Part shown: positions 54,963 through 63,711 of the stretch, piece by piece
Position numbering within the stretch: position 1 is the first letter of the stretch
How the letters are laid out: each line of letters starts with the position of its first letter
DNA from: Deltaproteobacteria bacterium
Lineage (GTDB): Bacteria > Desulfobacterota > Deferrimicrobia > Deferrimicrobiales > Deferrimicrobiaceae
Assembly (NCBI GenBank): GCA_050263095.1
Contig: JBLNEW010000043.1
Span: forward strand, 986 to 64,985
Direction of reading: 5' to 3'
DNA: 64,000 nucleotides
Made by a program: the position numbers and the translations under genes
The notes under the pieces: generated by a model
Database searches by the model: none
What the model was told of the DNA's origin: nothing
What the model saw: only the letters and a program-made list of their open reading frames with translations

Positions 54963-55084
54963 CATCCATAGCCAACTTTTTCCGATTATCTATAGCCAAC
55001 TATTTCCGATGGTCAATCGATAACAATTGCCGATGCACCTGTCGGCAGCTCTTGCCGATGCACATTTCGCGAAATTTATCCGAC
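54963..55084. repeat. Five degenerate tandem units of 24-25 bp
   Basis: CCGA(T/C) at 54982, 55006, 55030, 55055, 55080; units approximate TCGGCA-N5-TGCCGA. Confidence 0.65.
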
Positions 55085-55204
55085 AAAATTCGTTATGTTG
55101 TTTCCCGCATCGAGGCACGCCGATTGCAGATATGTCTAATTAAAATATATTGAAGAAAAAAGACGCTGATGTAGCATCTCCATCAATTTTTCGGCGGTCC
55201 TGCC

Positions 55205-55507
55205 TTGATCAGGAAACTGTTCTCATCCCCGGCGCTCTTCGCGACCATCGCGCTGTTTTTCGATTTCCCCCACGATCCGTTGTTCCCCCGCCTGATTTCC
55301 CGCCAGACCGGGACGGATATCAAAAGCGTTTTGAGGGAACTGAAAAAGCTGCACGAGATCGGCGTCGTCCGTGCCCGCCGCGCCGGAAGGGAGATGCATT
55401 ACCGATTGAACGAGGAGTTTCATTTATATGAGGAACTGGCGGCCGTCTTCGCCAAGACGAGGAAGCAGCGGAAATATGCGTCACAGGATTTGGAATTTTA
55501 TGCTTGA
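55205..55507 (+). CDS. Stand-alone winged helix-turn-helix protein
   Basis: LFSS....IALFF..P...FPRLISRQTG....SVLRELKKL.EIGVV...RAGREMHYRLN....LYEEL..VFAKT; TTG start. Confidence 0.75.
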   Translation: MIRKLFSSPALFATIALFFDFPHDPLFPRLISRQTGTDIKSVLRELKKLHEIGVVRARRAGREMHYRLNEEFHLYEELAAVFAKTRKQRKYASQDLEFYA

Positions 55508-55584
55508 AAGATTTCGCACTCGCAGGGCGCCCCTCCCCCTCACGGGCGGGAGGAAGAGGGGCGCCCGGACCTATGCCTTTGCGG

Positions 55585-56073
55585 CTACCGGCGGCTCCAT
55601 GCGGGCGCGCCGTCCGCGCCCCGGAGCTTGAGGAGGGCATCGCCCTTCTTCACCTCGGCGGCGATGATCGCCGGCTTGCCGCTCTTAAGGGTGATCCGTG
55701 AGCCCTTGACCTCCACCTTGTCCTTCTCCGCTATCTTTACCTCCTGCTTGTCCAGGTACCACGACGGCCCCAGGCTGACGGGGATTTCCTCCTTTTCCGT
55801 CTTCAACAGCAGGTGAACGCCGTAGCCCACTCGCCTGCGGTGGGTTACTTTCTTGACCTGGACCACCTCTCCGCTGATCGACTCGACGGTCTTCGGATCG
55901 TACATGCGCTGGTACCGGTCCCCTACGGCAGGCATCTTGTCTTCAACGGCAGGCGCCTTGTCCCCTACGGCAGGCGCTTTGGGAGCTTCCTCGGCGGCGA
56001 ACGCCGCAACGGAAACCAGAAGACCCAGCGCGGCGAACATGGAGAGCGGCATCAGGAACCTTTCCTTCTTCAT
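55585..56073 (-). CDS. Exported OB-fold-like protein (MamS/MamX-domain-like)
   Basis: Signal peptide; YDPKTVESISGEV, GVHLLLKT, V.LGPSWYL, VEVKGSR, LKLR..DG.P.W; SD AGGAG. Confidence 0.7.
   Translation of the reverse strand: MKKERFLMPLSMFAALGLLVSVAAFAAEEAPKAPAVGDKAPAVEDKMPAVGDRYQRMYDPKTVESISGEVVQVKKVTHRRRVGYGVHLLLKTEKEEIPVSLGPSWYLDKQEVKIAEKDKVEVKGSRITLKSGKPAIIAAEVKKGDALLKLRGADGAPAWSRR
55918..55980 (-). repeat. 3 x 21-bp in-frame tandem repeat (K-A/M-P-A-V-G/E-D)
   Basis: gtcccctacggcaggcatctt / gtcttcaacggcaggcgcctt / gtcccctacggcaggcgcttt. Confidence 0.85.
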
Positions 56074-56177
56074 CGTCCTTCTCCTCCTTGCGGAAATTGC
56101 GATGCTCCTTATGCCGTGTTGAACACCGCGACCCGGCGGAATGTTTCAGAAGGCGAAAAGCGCGTTGAACGGATCGG

Positions 56178-56951
56178 TTATTTCGTGCCGGCCGAGGCGA
56201 TCGACCGGGAGCGAACGATGGAGAAGGCCGCGTATGCGATCAGGATCGCGGAGACGATCTGGGACTCGGAGAACGGCCCCAGAAATCCGCGCGGGTCGTC
56301 GCGGAATATCTCGAGGAAGGAGCGGACGACGCCGTACATTATCATCATGGTCCAGAACAGCATGCCGGGGGTCTTGAACCGGTTCCGCGTCGCGTACAGC
56401 ACTCCGAAAATTGCGAACCCGCCCAGCGATTCGTAGATCTGCGTTGGGTGAAGGTGCACGCCCAGGGGGGCGAGCGAGGCCGGGTCGGTGAAGACGACCG
56501 CCCATGGCACGGTCGTTAGCTTCCCGTAGCAGCACCCCGCGGCCGTGCATCCGATCCGCCCGAACGCAAGCCCCAGCGGGATGCCGAGAGCGGAGGAGTC
56601 TGCCACGGGGAAAAACGGCATGCCATGCCGCTTCAGGAAATAGACGCAAACCGCCACGGCGGCCAGAAAACCCCCGTAGAAGACTAGCCCCCCGTTCCAA
56701 AGCTTGAAGATCTCGGAAGGGGTCGAGCTGTATTGGTCCCAGTAGACGAGCACGTGGAAGAGCCGCGCTCCGACGATGGCCGAGAGCACCACCCAGAAGC
56801 CCATGTCGAAGAACCTGTCCCGGTCGAGCCCCTTGCGGGCGATCTCCCGTCCCGCGACCCAGAGCGCCGCGAGGAACCCGATCGCCACGAAGACGCCGTA
56901 GGAATATATCTTGAGGCTGCCGATTTTAAGAAGTACGGGATGCACTCTCAC
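56178..56951 (-). CDS. lgt: Prolipoprotein diacylglyceryl transferase
   Basis: YSYG, VGARL.HV, WNGGLVFYGG, GRIGC..AGCCYG, HPTQIYE, RSFLEIFR; start may be 56945. Confidence 0.93.
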   Translation of the reverse strand: MRVHPVLLKIGSLKIYSYGVFVAIGFLAALWVAGREIARKGLDRDRFFDMGFWVVLSAIVGARLFHVLVYWDQYSSTPSEIFKLWNGGLVFYGGFLAAVAVCVYFLKRHGMPFFPVADSSALGIPLGLAFGRIGCTAAGCCYGKLTTVPWAVVFTDPASLAPLGVHLHPTQIYESLGGFAIFGVLYATRNRFKTPGMLFWTMMIMYGVVRSFLEIFRDDPRGFLGPFSESQIVSAILIAYAAFSIVRSRSIASAGTK

Positions 56952-57432
56952 TCTCCTTCGACCAGAATAGCATGTCGAGGATGAGCAGGAAGATCCCCAC
57001 GGATATCCCTATGTCGGCAACGTTGAACGCCGGCCAGTGGTGGTGGCGCCAGTGCACGTCGAGGAAGTCGACCACGTAGCCCAGCCGGGCCCGGTCGATC
57101 AGGTTGCCCACCGCTCCTCCCAGGATAAGCCCCAAGCCGCACGGCGCCGGGCCCCGGCCCGGAAGGTAGTGAAGGTACGCGAGGACGGCCGCCACGGCGA
57201 GCACCGTTGCAAGGATAAGGAGCGGGTTGACCCACGAGTGGTTCAGGTTGGAAAGAAATCCGAATGCGACCCCGGTGTTGTGCACGTGGACTATGTGGAA
57301 GTGATCGGGAAAGACGGCGCGGGCCTCGAAGAGCCCGAAGTGGCGCACGATCCATGCCTTGCTCCACTGGTCGGAGACCATGATGACGGCGGCCGCAGTC
57401 AGGGGAGCGGCGAATTTGCGCAGTCGCAGCAA
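56926..57432 (-). CDS. lspA: Lipoprotein signal peptidase II
   Basis: DQWSK, NTGVAFG, GGAVGNLIDR, VVDFL, WPAFNVAD. Confidence 0.95.
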   Translation of the reverse strand: MLRLRKFAAPLTAAAVIMVSDQWSKAWIVRHFGLFEARAVFPDHFHIVHVHNTGVAFGFLSNLNHSWVNPLLILATVLAVAAVLAYLHYLPGRGPAPCGLGLILGGAVGNLIDRARLGYVVDFLDVHWRHHHWPAFNVADIGISVGIFLLILDMLFWSKESESASRTS

Positions 57433-57441
57433 GATGGCGCC

Positions 57442-60225
57442 TTATCCGGCTACGGCCTCGGCGCACCGGCCGCACAATTCCGGGGCGCCGGGGATGGTCC
57501 CGACGGAAGGGTAGTGGTTCCAGCAGCGCTCGCACTTTCCCCACGGGGCCTTTTCGACCTTGGCCTTCAGCCCCGGGAACGCCGCGCTCTCGTAGACATC
57601 CGGGCCCGAAACGTCGCCCGCCTCGATCCCCGAGACGATCAGGACGTCCTGTATTTCACGGGCGTGGGTCCCGAACAGGTCCGCGAACGGGCCCGGCGCC
57701 ACCTTCACGAGCGCGTCCTGGTCGCTGCCGATCGTTTTCTCCTTGCGCGCGGCTTCGAGCGGCTGGGCGATCTCGGCCCTCAAGGCAAGGATCCGCTCCC
57801 ATCGCGCCGCCGTCTCGTCGTCCCCAGGAAGCTCATCGGGCTTCGGAAGGTCGGACAGGAAAACGCTCTGCGGCTTCCCCGGGAACGCGGGCAGATGTCC
57901 CCACGCCTCCTCGGCGGTGAACGACAGCACCGGGGCGAGCAGGGAGAGCAGGCCGCGCGTTATCTCGAAGAGCGCCGTCTGCGCGGACCGCCTGGCCGGA
58001 TCGTCCGCCCTGGAGCAGTACAGTCGGTCCTTCAGCACGTTCAGGTAGAAGCTGGACATGTCCACGGCGCAGAAGTTGTTCACCGCATGGAAGATAAGGT
58101 GGAACTCGTACGTTTCGTATGCGCGCAGCACCTTCTCCGCGAGCCTGCGGAAGAGGATGAGCGCGTAAATATCCATCTCCGGCATGCGGTCGCGCGGGAC
58201 CGAGTCCTTTTCCGGCGAGAAGCCGTCCAGGTTGCCCAGCAGGAAGCGGATCGTGTTGCGTATCTTGCGGTAGGCCTCGGTCAGCCGGTCCAGGATGTCC
58301 TTGGAGAGCCGGACGTCGTCGCGGTAGTCCTCGGCGGAGACCCAGAGCCGCAACAGCTCAGCCCCGTGCTTTTTGATGATCTCCTCGGGCGCGATGACGT
58401 TCCCCTTGGACTTGTGCATCGCCTCGCCCTTGCCGTCCACCACGAAGCCGTGGGTCAGGACGGCCTTGTAGGGGGCCGCCTGGCGCGTGCCGACCGCCGC
58501 CAGGAGCGAGGAGTGGAACCAGCCGCGATGCTGGTCGGATCCCTCGAGGTAAAGGTCGACCGGGACCCCAAGGTTCTCCTTGCCCTCGCAGACGCATGCG
58601 TACGAAACGCCGGAGTCGAACCACACGTCCAGGATGTCGGTCTCCTTTCCGAACTCCCTCCCCCCGCAGGACGGGCAGGCAACGCCCGGCGGGATCAGCT
58701 CGTTTACGTCCCTGTCGAACCAGGCATCGGCGCCTTCCCTCTCGAAGAACCCTGCGACGTGGTCGATGAGCTTCCTGTCGAGAAGGTAGTGCCCGCACCC
58801 CGCGCACTGGAAGATGGCGATCGGGACTCCCCACGACCGCTGGCGGGAGATGCACCAGTCCGGGCGATTGGCGATCATCCCCTCGATCCTTTCCTGACCC
58901 CACGCGGGGATCCAGCGGACCTTTCGGATCTCCGAAAGCGCGTTCGCCCTCAAGCCGGTGTTATCCATGGATATGAACCATTGCTTGGTCGCCCTGAAGA
59001 TCACCGGGTGCTTGCATCGCCAGCAATGGGGGTACGAGTGTGTGACCTTGGCCTCCCGCATAAGGGCGCCGGTTTCGGCCAGCTTGGAGTTGACGCGCGG
59101 GTTCGCGTCGAAGACCTGCATCCCCGCGAAGAAGGGGACGTCCGGGGTGAACCTGCCCGCGTCGTCCAGCGGCGCGTAGATCTCCAGCCCGTATTTAAGC
59201 CCCGTTTCGTAGTCTTCCCGACCGTGGCCGGGCGCCGTGTGGACGCATCCCGTTCCGGCGTCGAGCGTCACGTAGTTGCCGAGGACGAGGATCGAATCGC
59301 GGCCGGCGAAGGGGTGCCCGCAGCGGAGCCGCTCGAGGTGGGCGGCGCCGAACGACGCGAGGCGCTTCGGGGTTTTCAGGCCGACCTCTTCCGCGAACCG
59401 GTCCGCAAGCCCTTCCGCCACCACGTACGCCTCGCCGCCTGACTCCAGCGCGACGTAGGTGAAGTCCGGATGCAGCGCTATCGCCAGGTTCGAAGGGATC
59501 GTCCAGGGGGTAGTGGTCCAGATGACGAAGAACGTCTTCTTCCCCGCGAGGGCGGGGTGGATCTTCTCGGGCGGATCGAGAAAGGGAAACTTCACGTGAA
59601 TTGAAGGCGAGGTGTGGTCGGCATACTCGACCTCGGCCTCGGCCAGGGCTGTCCTGCAAGACAGGCACCAGTAGACGGGCTTTGTGCCCTTGTAGACGGA
59701 GCCCGACCCGACGAATCTGCCGAATTCCCGCAGTATCCCCGCCTCGTAGTCGAAGGACATCGTCCGGTAGGGATTCTCCCAGTCGCCCAGAACGCCCAGC
59801 CGCTTGAACTCCTGCCGCTGGACGTCGATGAACTTGGCCGCGTATTCGCGGCAGAGCTTTCGCTTCTCCCCGGTCGGAATAGCTTCCTTTTTCGCCCCGA
59901 GGTTCTTGTCCACCTGGTGCTCGATCGGCAGCCCGTGGCAGTCCCATCCGGGGACGTACTCCGCCCACCCGCCCGAAAGGCCCCGGTATTTCACTATGAC
60001 GTCCTTGAGGATCTTGTTCAGTGCGTGGCCTATATGTATGTGGCCGTTGGCGTAGGGGGGGCCGTCGTGAAGGACGAACTTGTCGTTCCCCCGCCGGCGA
60101 TCCGCCATTGCTCGGTAGAGGCCCATCTTCTCCCACCCCGCCAGTATCTCGGGCTCGCGCTGCGAGAGGTTCGCCCTCATCGGGAACCCGGTCTGCGGCA
60201 GGTTCAGCGTGTTCTTGTAATCCAT
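57442..60225 (-). CDS. ileS: Isoleucine--tRNA ligase (type 1)
   Basis: HDGPPYANGHIHIGH, PGWDCHGLPIE, WTTTPWT, WCISRQRSWG, EGSDQHRGWF, AMHKS in place of KMSKS, C-terminal CERC/CGRC. Confidence 0.97.
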   Translation of the reverse strand: MDYKNTLNLPQTGFPMRANLSQREPEILAGWEKMGLYRAMADRRRGNDKFVLHDGPPYANGHIHIGHALNKILKDVIVKYRGLSGGWAEYVPGWDCHGLPIEHQVDKNLGAKKEAIPTGEKRKLCREYAAKFIDVQRQEFKRLGVLGDWENPYRTMSFDYEAGILREFGRFVGSGSVYKGTKPVYWCLSCRTALAEAEVEYADHTSPSIHVKFPFLDPPEKIHPALAGKKTFFVIWTTTPWTIPSNLAIALHPDFTYVALESGGEAYVVAEGLADRFAEEVGLKTPKRLASFGAAHLERLRCGHPFAGRDSILVLGNYVTLDAGTGCVHTAPGHGREDYETGLKYGLEIYAPLDDAGRFTPDVPFFAGMQVFDANPRVNSKLAETGALMREAKVTHSYPHCWRCKHPVIFRATKQWFISMDNTGLRANALSEIRKVRWIPAWGQERIEGMIANRPDWCISRQRSWGVPIAIFQCAGCGHYLLDRKLIDHVAGFFEREGADAWFDRDVNELIPPGVACPSCGGREFGKETDILDVWFDSGVSYACVCEGKENLGVPVDLYLEGSDQHRGWFHSSLLAAVGTRQAAPYKAVLTHGFVVDGKGEAMHKSKGNVIAPEEIIKKHGAELLRLWVSAEDYRDDVRLSKDILDRLTEAYRKIRNTIRFLLGNLDGFSPEKDSVPRDRMPEMDIYALILFRRLAEKVLRAYETYEFHLIFHAVNNFCAVDMSSFYLNVLKDRLYCSRADDPARRSAQTALFEITRGLLSLLAPVLSFTAEEAWGHLPAFPGKPQSVFLSDLPKPDELPGDDETAARWERILALRAEIAQPLEAARKEKTIGSDQDALVKVAPGPFADLFGTHAREIQDVLIVSGIEAGDVSGPDVYESAAFPGLKAKVEKAPWGKCERCWNHYPSVGTIPGAPELCGRCAEAVAG

Positions 60226-60270
60226 CGTGACGATCGCTCCGTCGAATCGGTTAAAGCGTTACTTATACCA

Positions 60271-62562
60271 CTATTTGAACAGGTTTCGGAAGAACTCCCC
60301 TATGCCCTGCAGGCCTTTCCGGAACGTGTCGACAAGGGGATGCATGGGATGGAGCGGGCACGTCTCCTGCGGGGCGGTCCCCTCGAGGAAGGCCTCTTCA
60401 AACCGCTCCGGGCAGGCCGATGTGGCGAGGTATCCCGAAGACGGGTCGATCTCCGCGGTTATCACGCCTTGCGGAATCGGCATCGCGGGCGGCCCGGCTG
60501 CCGGGTACACGGCTTTCATGAAACGGGTCCAAATCCGAAGCGCTCCCGCGGCACCCGAAAGGTTCGTATTCCTGCCCGAGTCGGTGCCCACCCAGACGAC
60601 GCACACGATGTCCGGAGTGTACCCCGCGAACCACGAGTCGCGGTAGTCGTCGGTGGTTCCGGTCTTTCCCGAGACCGGGAACAGGATCCCCGCCATGCGG
60701 GCCGAATGCCCGGTGCCACGGTCCATCACTCCTTCCAGCGCATAGGAAACGAGATATGCCGCCCGCGGATCGACCGGATTCCTGGCCTCGGTCAATCCCT
60801 GGAACACCGTTTCACCCTTGGCGCCCATGATCGCGTCGAGCGGGAACGGCTCGTAGCGGGTCCCCCCCGAGGCCAGCGTGGCATAGGCGTAGGCGAGCTC
60901 CACCGGAGTGACCTCGAAGCTTCCCAGGGCAAGCGAGGGGACGGGTGAAAGGGGGCTCGTGATTCCCGCGTCCCGGGCGGCGGAGACGACCTCCGTCAGG
61001 CCGATCTGCGTGGCCAGCCGGACCGTCGCGGTGTTTACCGATTCCTCGATCGCCCGGCGGACGGTTATCGTGCCATACGTTTTTTCCTCGAAATTGGCCG
61101 GCGTCCACGTCCCTTCCGGCGTAGGGATCGATATCGGCTCGCCCGAAACGGTCGTGGCGAGCGTCACCTTTCCTTTTTCCCGCAGGGTCTGCTGCATCGC
61201 GGCCAACAGGACGAACGGCTTGAACGCGCTGCCCGGCTGGCGTTTGGCGTCCGCGGCGCGGTTGAACTGCGTTTCGCCGTACCCGCGCCCCCCCACCATC
61301 GCGGTCAGCTCGCCCGTGCGCGGGTCTACCGCTACCAGCGCGGCCTGCAGGGGCTCGCCGGCTCTCCGGCCGGACCGCTCGATATCGGCCAGGCCCTGGG
61401 CCACCGCGCCTTCCGCGGCTCGCTGGTGGAACGGGTCCAGCGACGTATAGACCCGGAAGCCCGACCGGTAAAGCTTCACGTCACCTATGCGGTCCTCGGC
61501 GTACCTCTGGACGTAGTCCGCGAAGTACTCTCCGCCCCGCACCGGCATGGGCCGGGGATTCGTCCTCACGGGCGAGCGGGAAGCCCGTTCCGATTCCCCC
61601 GGCTTTATCATCCCGAGCTGCGCCATCCTGGAAAGGACCCAGTCCCTGCGCTCCCTGGCCGCCTTCGGCTGCCGCATGGGCGAGTACCTGCTGGGCGATC
61701 GGATGATCCCCGCAAGCAGGGCGGCCTCCTCCAGCGACAGCTCCCCGACGCTCTTGGAGAAGTAGAACCTCGCCGCCTCCTCGGCGCCGTAGATCCCCCT
61801 TGGCCCCTCCTGCCCGAAGTAGATCTTGTTGAAATACGCCTCCAGTATCTCCTTCTTGCTGAACCGGATCTCCATGACGAGGGCCAGTTCCGCCTCGCGT
61901 ATCTTCCGCCATATGCTTTTTTCGGGCGTAAGGAAGAAGTTCTTGGCGAGCTGCTGCGTTATGGTCGACCCTCCCTGGGCGAACCTCATGCGGCGCAGGT
62001 TGGCGACCGCCGCCCGCACGATTCCGGGGATGTCGATGCCGATGTGGGAATAGAAGCGGGCGTCTTCCGCGGCCAGGACCGCGTCCTGGAGGCGTCCGGG
62101 GATCGCCGAGAGAGGCACCATGCGGCGGGACTCTCCGCCCGGCCCGAAAATGCGGCCTGCCTCCTCGGGCTCGAGGAGGAATTCCTCGAGGGGAGCGCCC
62201 GCCGCCGTCGAAAGGGTAGCGATGCGGCCTTCGACGACGCCGATCTCTACCGAGGAGGCGGGCTCCACCCGTTCCCCGCGCCGGAATCCCCTTGCGTGGA
62301 TGCGGATCCTGTCGCCTTCCTCGGACCAGGTCCCTTCCGCGCGCGGCGAACCCGTCACCTTGCGGTAGGAAAGGCGCTTAAGCCTATCGGGAAGACGAAG
62401 GTTGCCGAGCGCATCCCCGGGGCGGACCCTTGCGGGCCGCCCGTACAGGATCGACGGGACCTCCCAGGAGTCCCGCGACATCCCCGCCCCGACCTTGTAA
62501 TAAAGGTAGCCGGCGTGCAGGAGAATGAGCCCGGCGAGCGCGGGGAGAAGAAGCTTCTTCAG
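60271..62562 (-). CDS. mrcB: Class A penicillin-binding protein (PBP1b-like, transglycosylase-transpeptidase)
   Basis: AEDARFYSH.GID, QGGSTITQQLAKN, RKIRE, SAFK, SVN, KTGT; start extended from ATG 62481 to CTG 62562 to include the TM anchor (start uncertain). Confidence 0.85.
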   Translation of the reverse strand: MKKLLLPALAGLILLHAGYLYYKVGAGMSRDSWEVPSILYGRPARVRPGDALGNLRLPDRLKRLSYRKVTGSPRAEGTWSEEGDRIRIHARGFRRGERVEPASSVEIGVVEGRIATLSTAAGAPLEEFLLEPEEAGRIFGPGGESRRMVPLSAIPGRLQDAVLAAEDARFYSHIGIDIPGIVRAAVANLRRMRFAQGGSTITQQLAKNFFLTPEKSIWRKIREAELALVMEIRFSKKEILEAYFNKIYFGQEGPRGIYGAEEAARFYFSKSVGELSLEEAALLAGIIRSPSRYSPMRQPKAARERRDWVLSRMAQLGMIKPGESERASRSPVRTNPRPMPVRGGEYFADYVQRYAEDRIGDVKLYRSGFRVYTSLDPFHQRAAEGAVAQGLADIERSGRRAGEPLQAALVAVDPRTGELTAMVGGRGYGETQFNRAADAKRQPGSAFKPFVLLAAMQQTLREKGKVTLATTVSGEPISIPTPEGTWTPANFEEKTYGTITVRRAIEESVNTATVRLATQIGLTEVVSAARDAGITSPLSPVPSLALGSFEVTPVELAYAYATLASGGTRYEPFPLDAIMGAKGETVFQGLTEARNPVDPRAAYLVSYALEGVMDRGTGHSARMAGILFPVSGKTGTTDDYRDSWFAGYTPDIVCVVWVGTDSGRNTNLSGAAGALRIWTRFMKAVYPAAGPPAMPIPQGVITAEIDPSSGYLATSACPERFEEAFLEGTAPQETCPLHPMHPLVDTFRKGLQGIGEFFRNLFK

Positions 62563-63578
62563 ATCGTTCGCCCCGCGGCGTCGATGAAGGCCTTCAATGA
62601 TTCCATGGTCTCGCGGAACTTCTCGAACGTGAGCGACTGCGGGCCGTCGGACAGCGCCTTTTCCGGCGTGGGGTGCACCTCGATCATCAGCCCGTCGGCG
62701 CCGGCCGCGATGGCGGCGCGGGCCATCGGCGGGACGTACGCCGCGTGCCCCGTCCCGTGCGACGGGTCCACGATGACCGGCAGGTGCGTGCGCTCCCTCA
62801 AGACCGGGATGCAGGACAGGTCGAGCGTATTGCGGGTGGCGTCCTCGAACGTGCGGATCCCCCGCTCGCAGAGGATCACCTGGCGGCTCCCCTCCGACAG
62901 GCAGTATTCCGCGCTCATCAGGTACTCCGTGATCGTCGTCATCATGCCGCGCTTGAGGAGGATGGGCCGCTTCGACTTGCCGATCCGCTTGAGGAGCGAG
63001 AAGTTCTGGACGTTGCGCGCCCCGACCTGCAGGACGTCGGAGTAGTCGGCGACCATCTCCACGTCGATCGGGTTCATCACCTCGGTCACCACGGGCATCC
63101 CGGCCTTCTCCCCCGCGTTTCGCAGGATCTTCAGCCCCTTCTCGGCGAGCCCCTGGAACGCGTAGGGAGAGGTTCGCGGCTTGAACGCCCCCCCGCGGAG
63201 AACGTGCGCACCCGCCGCCTTGACGGCCCGGGCCGTGTCGACCATCTGCTGCTCGCTCTCCACGGAGCAGGGGCCGGCGATTATGAGAAGCTGTCGGTCT
63301 CCGACGGTCACCCCCGGCGCTATCCGGATCACGGTGCGGTCCGGCTTCACCTCCCGGCTGGCCAGCTTGTAGGGCTTGAGGATCGGGACCACCCGCTCCA
63401 CGCCCGGCAGCGACTCGAGGGACTGCAGGACGAACTTCCCCCGCTCGTCGCCTATCGCGCCGATGACCTTCCGGGTTTTTCCGTGGATCGTGTGGGGAGC
63501 GTACCCGAGTTCCTTGATCTTGCTTATGACTGTGCGGATTTCCGCTTTGGAGGCCCGGGCCTCCATGACGATGATCAT
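62559..63578 (-). CDS. aroF: 3-deoxy-7-phosphoheptulonate (DAHP) synthase, class I-beta with N-terminal regulatory domain
   Basis: IAGPCSVES, LRGGAFKPRTSPY.FQGL, QVGARN, LLKRG, ERGIRTFE, VDPSH, EVHP, SDG. Confidence 0.95.
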   Translation of the reverse strand: MIIVMEARASKAEIRTVISKIKELGYAPHTIHGKTRKVIGAIGDERGKFVLQSLESLPGVERVVPILKPYKLASREVKPDRTVIRIAPGVTVGDRQLLIIAGPCSVESEQQMVDTARAVKAAGAHVLRGGAFKPRTSPYAFQGLAEKGLKILRNAGEKAGMPVVTEVMNPIDVEMVADYSDVLQVGARNVQNFSLLKRIGKSKRPILLKRGMMTTITEYLMSAEYCLSEGSRQVILCERGIRTFEDATRNTLDLSCIPVLRERTHLPVIVDPSHGTGHAAYVPPMARAAIAAGADGLMIEVHPTPEKALSDGPQSLTFEKFRETMESLKAFIDAAGRTI

Positions 63579-63711
63579 GAATATCTCCCTTTCTCGGGGC
63601 GTATAGTTCCGGGGGAAGGATACCATTATAGGCGAATCGCCCCCTTTATTTCCATCGGGATGGGGGGTATTCTGGTCTGACGCCCGGACATCCGACAAAA
63701 GGAGGAGGAAG

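Noticed and set aside
54963-55084. Possible CRISPR or TIGR-type guide array
   Set aside because: Period only 24-25 bp, no constant repeat plus unique spacer structure, and no cas or Nop-domain gene nearby
55585-56073. MamS/MamX-like domain as evidence of a magnetosome island
   Set aside because: No other mam genes and no heme motifs; the similarity is recalled, not searched
57037-59442. 801-aa plus-strand ORF and similar long antisense ORFs (22913-24613, 23592-25232, 42683-44023, 61426-63045)
   Set aside because: Shadow ORFs opposite well-supported genes, expected in high-GC DNA
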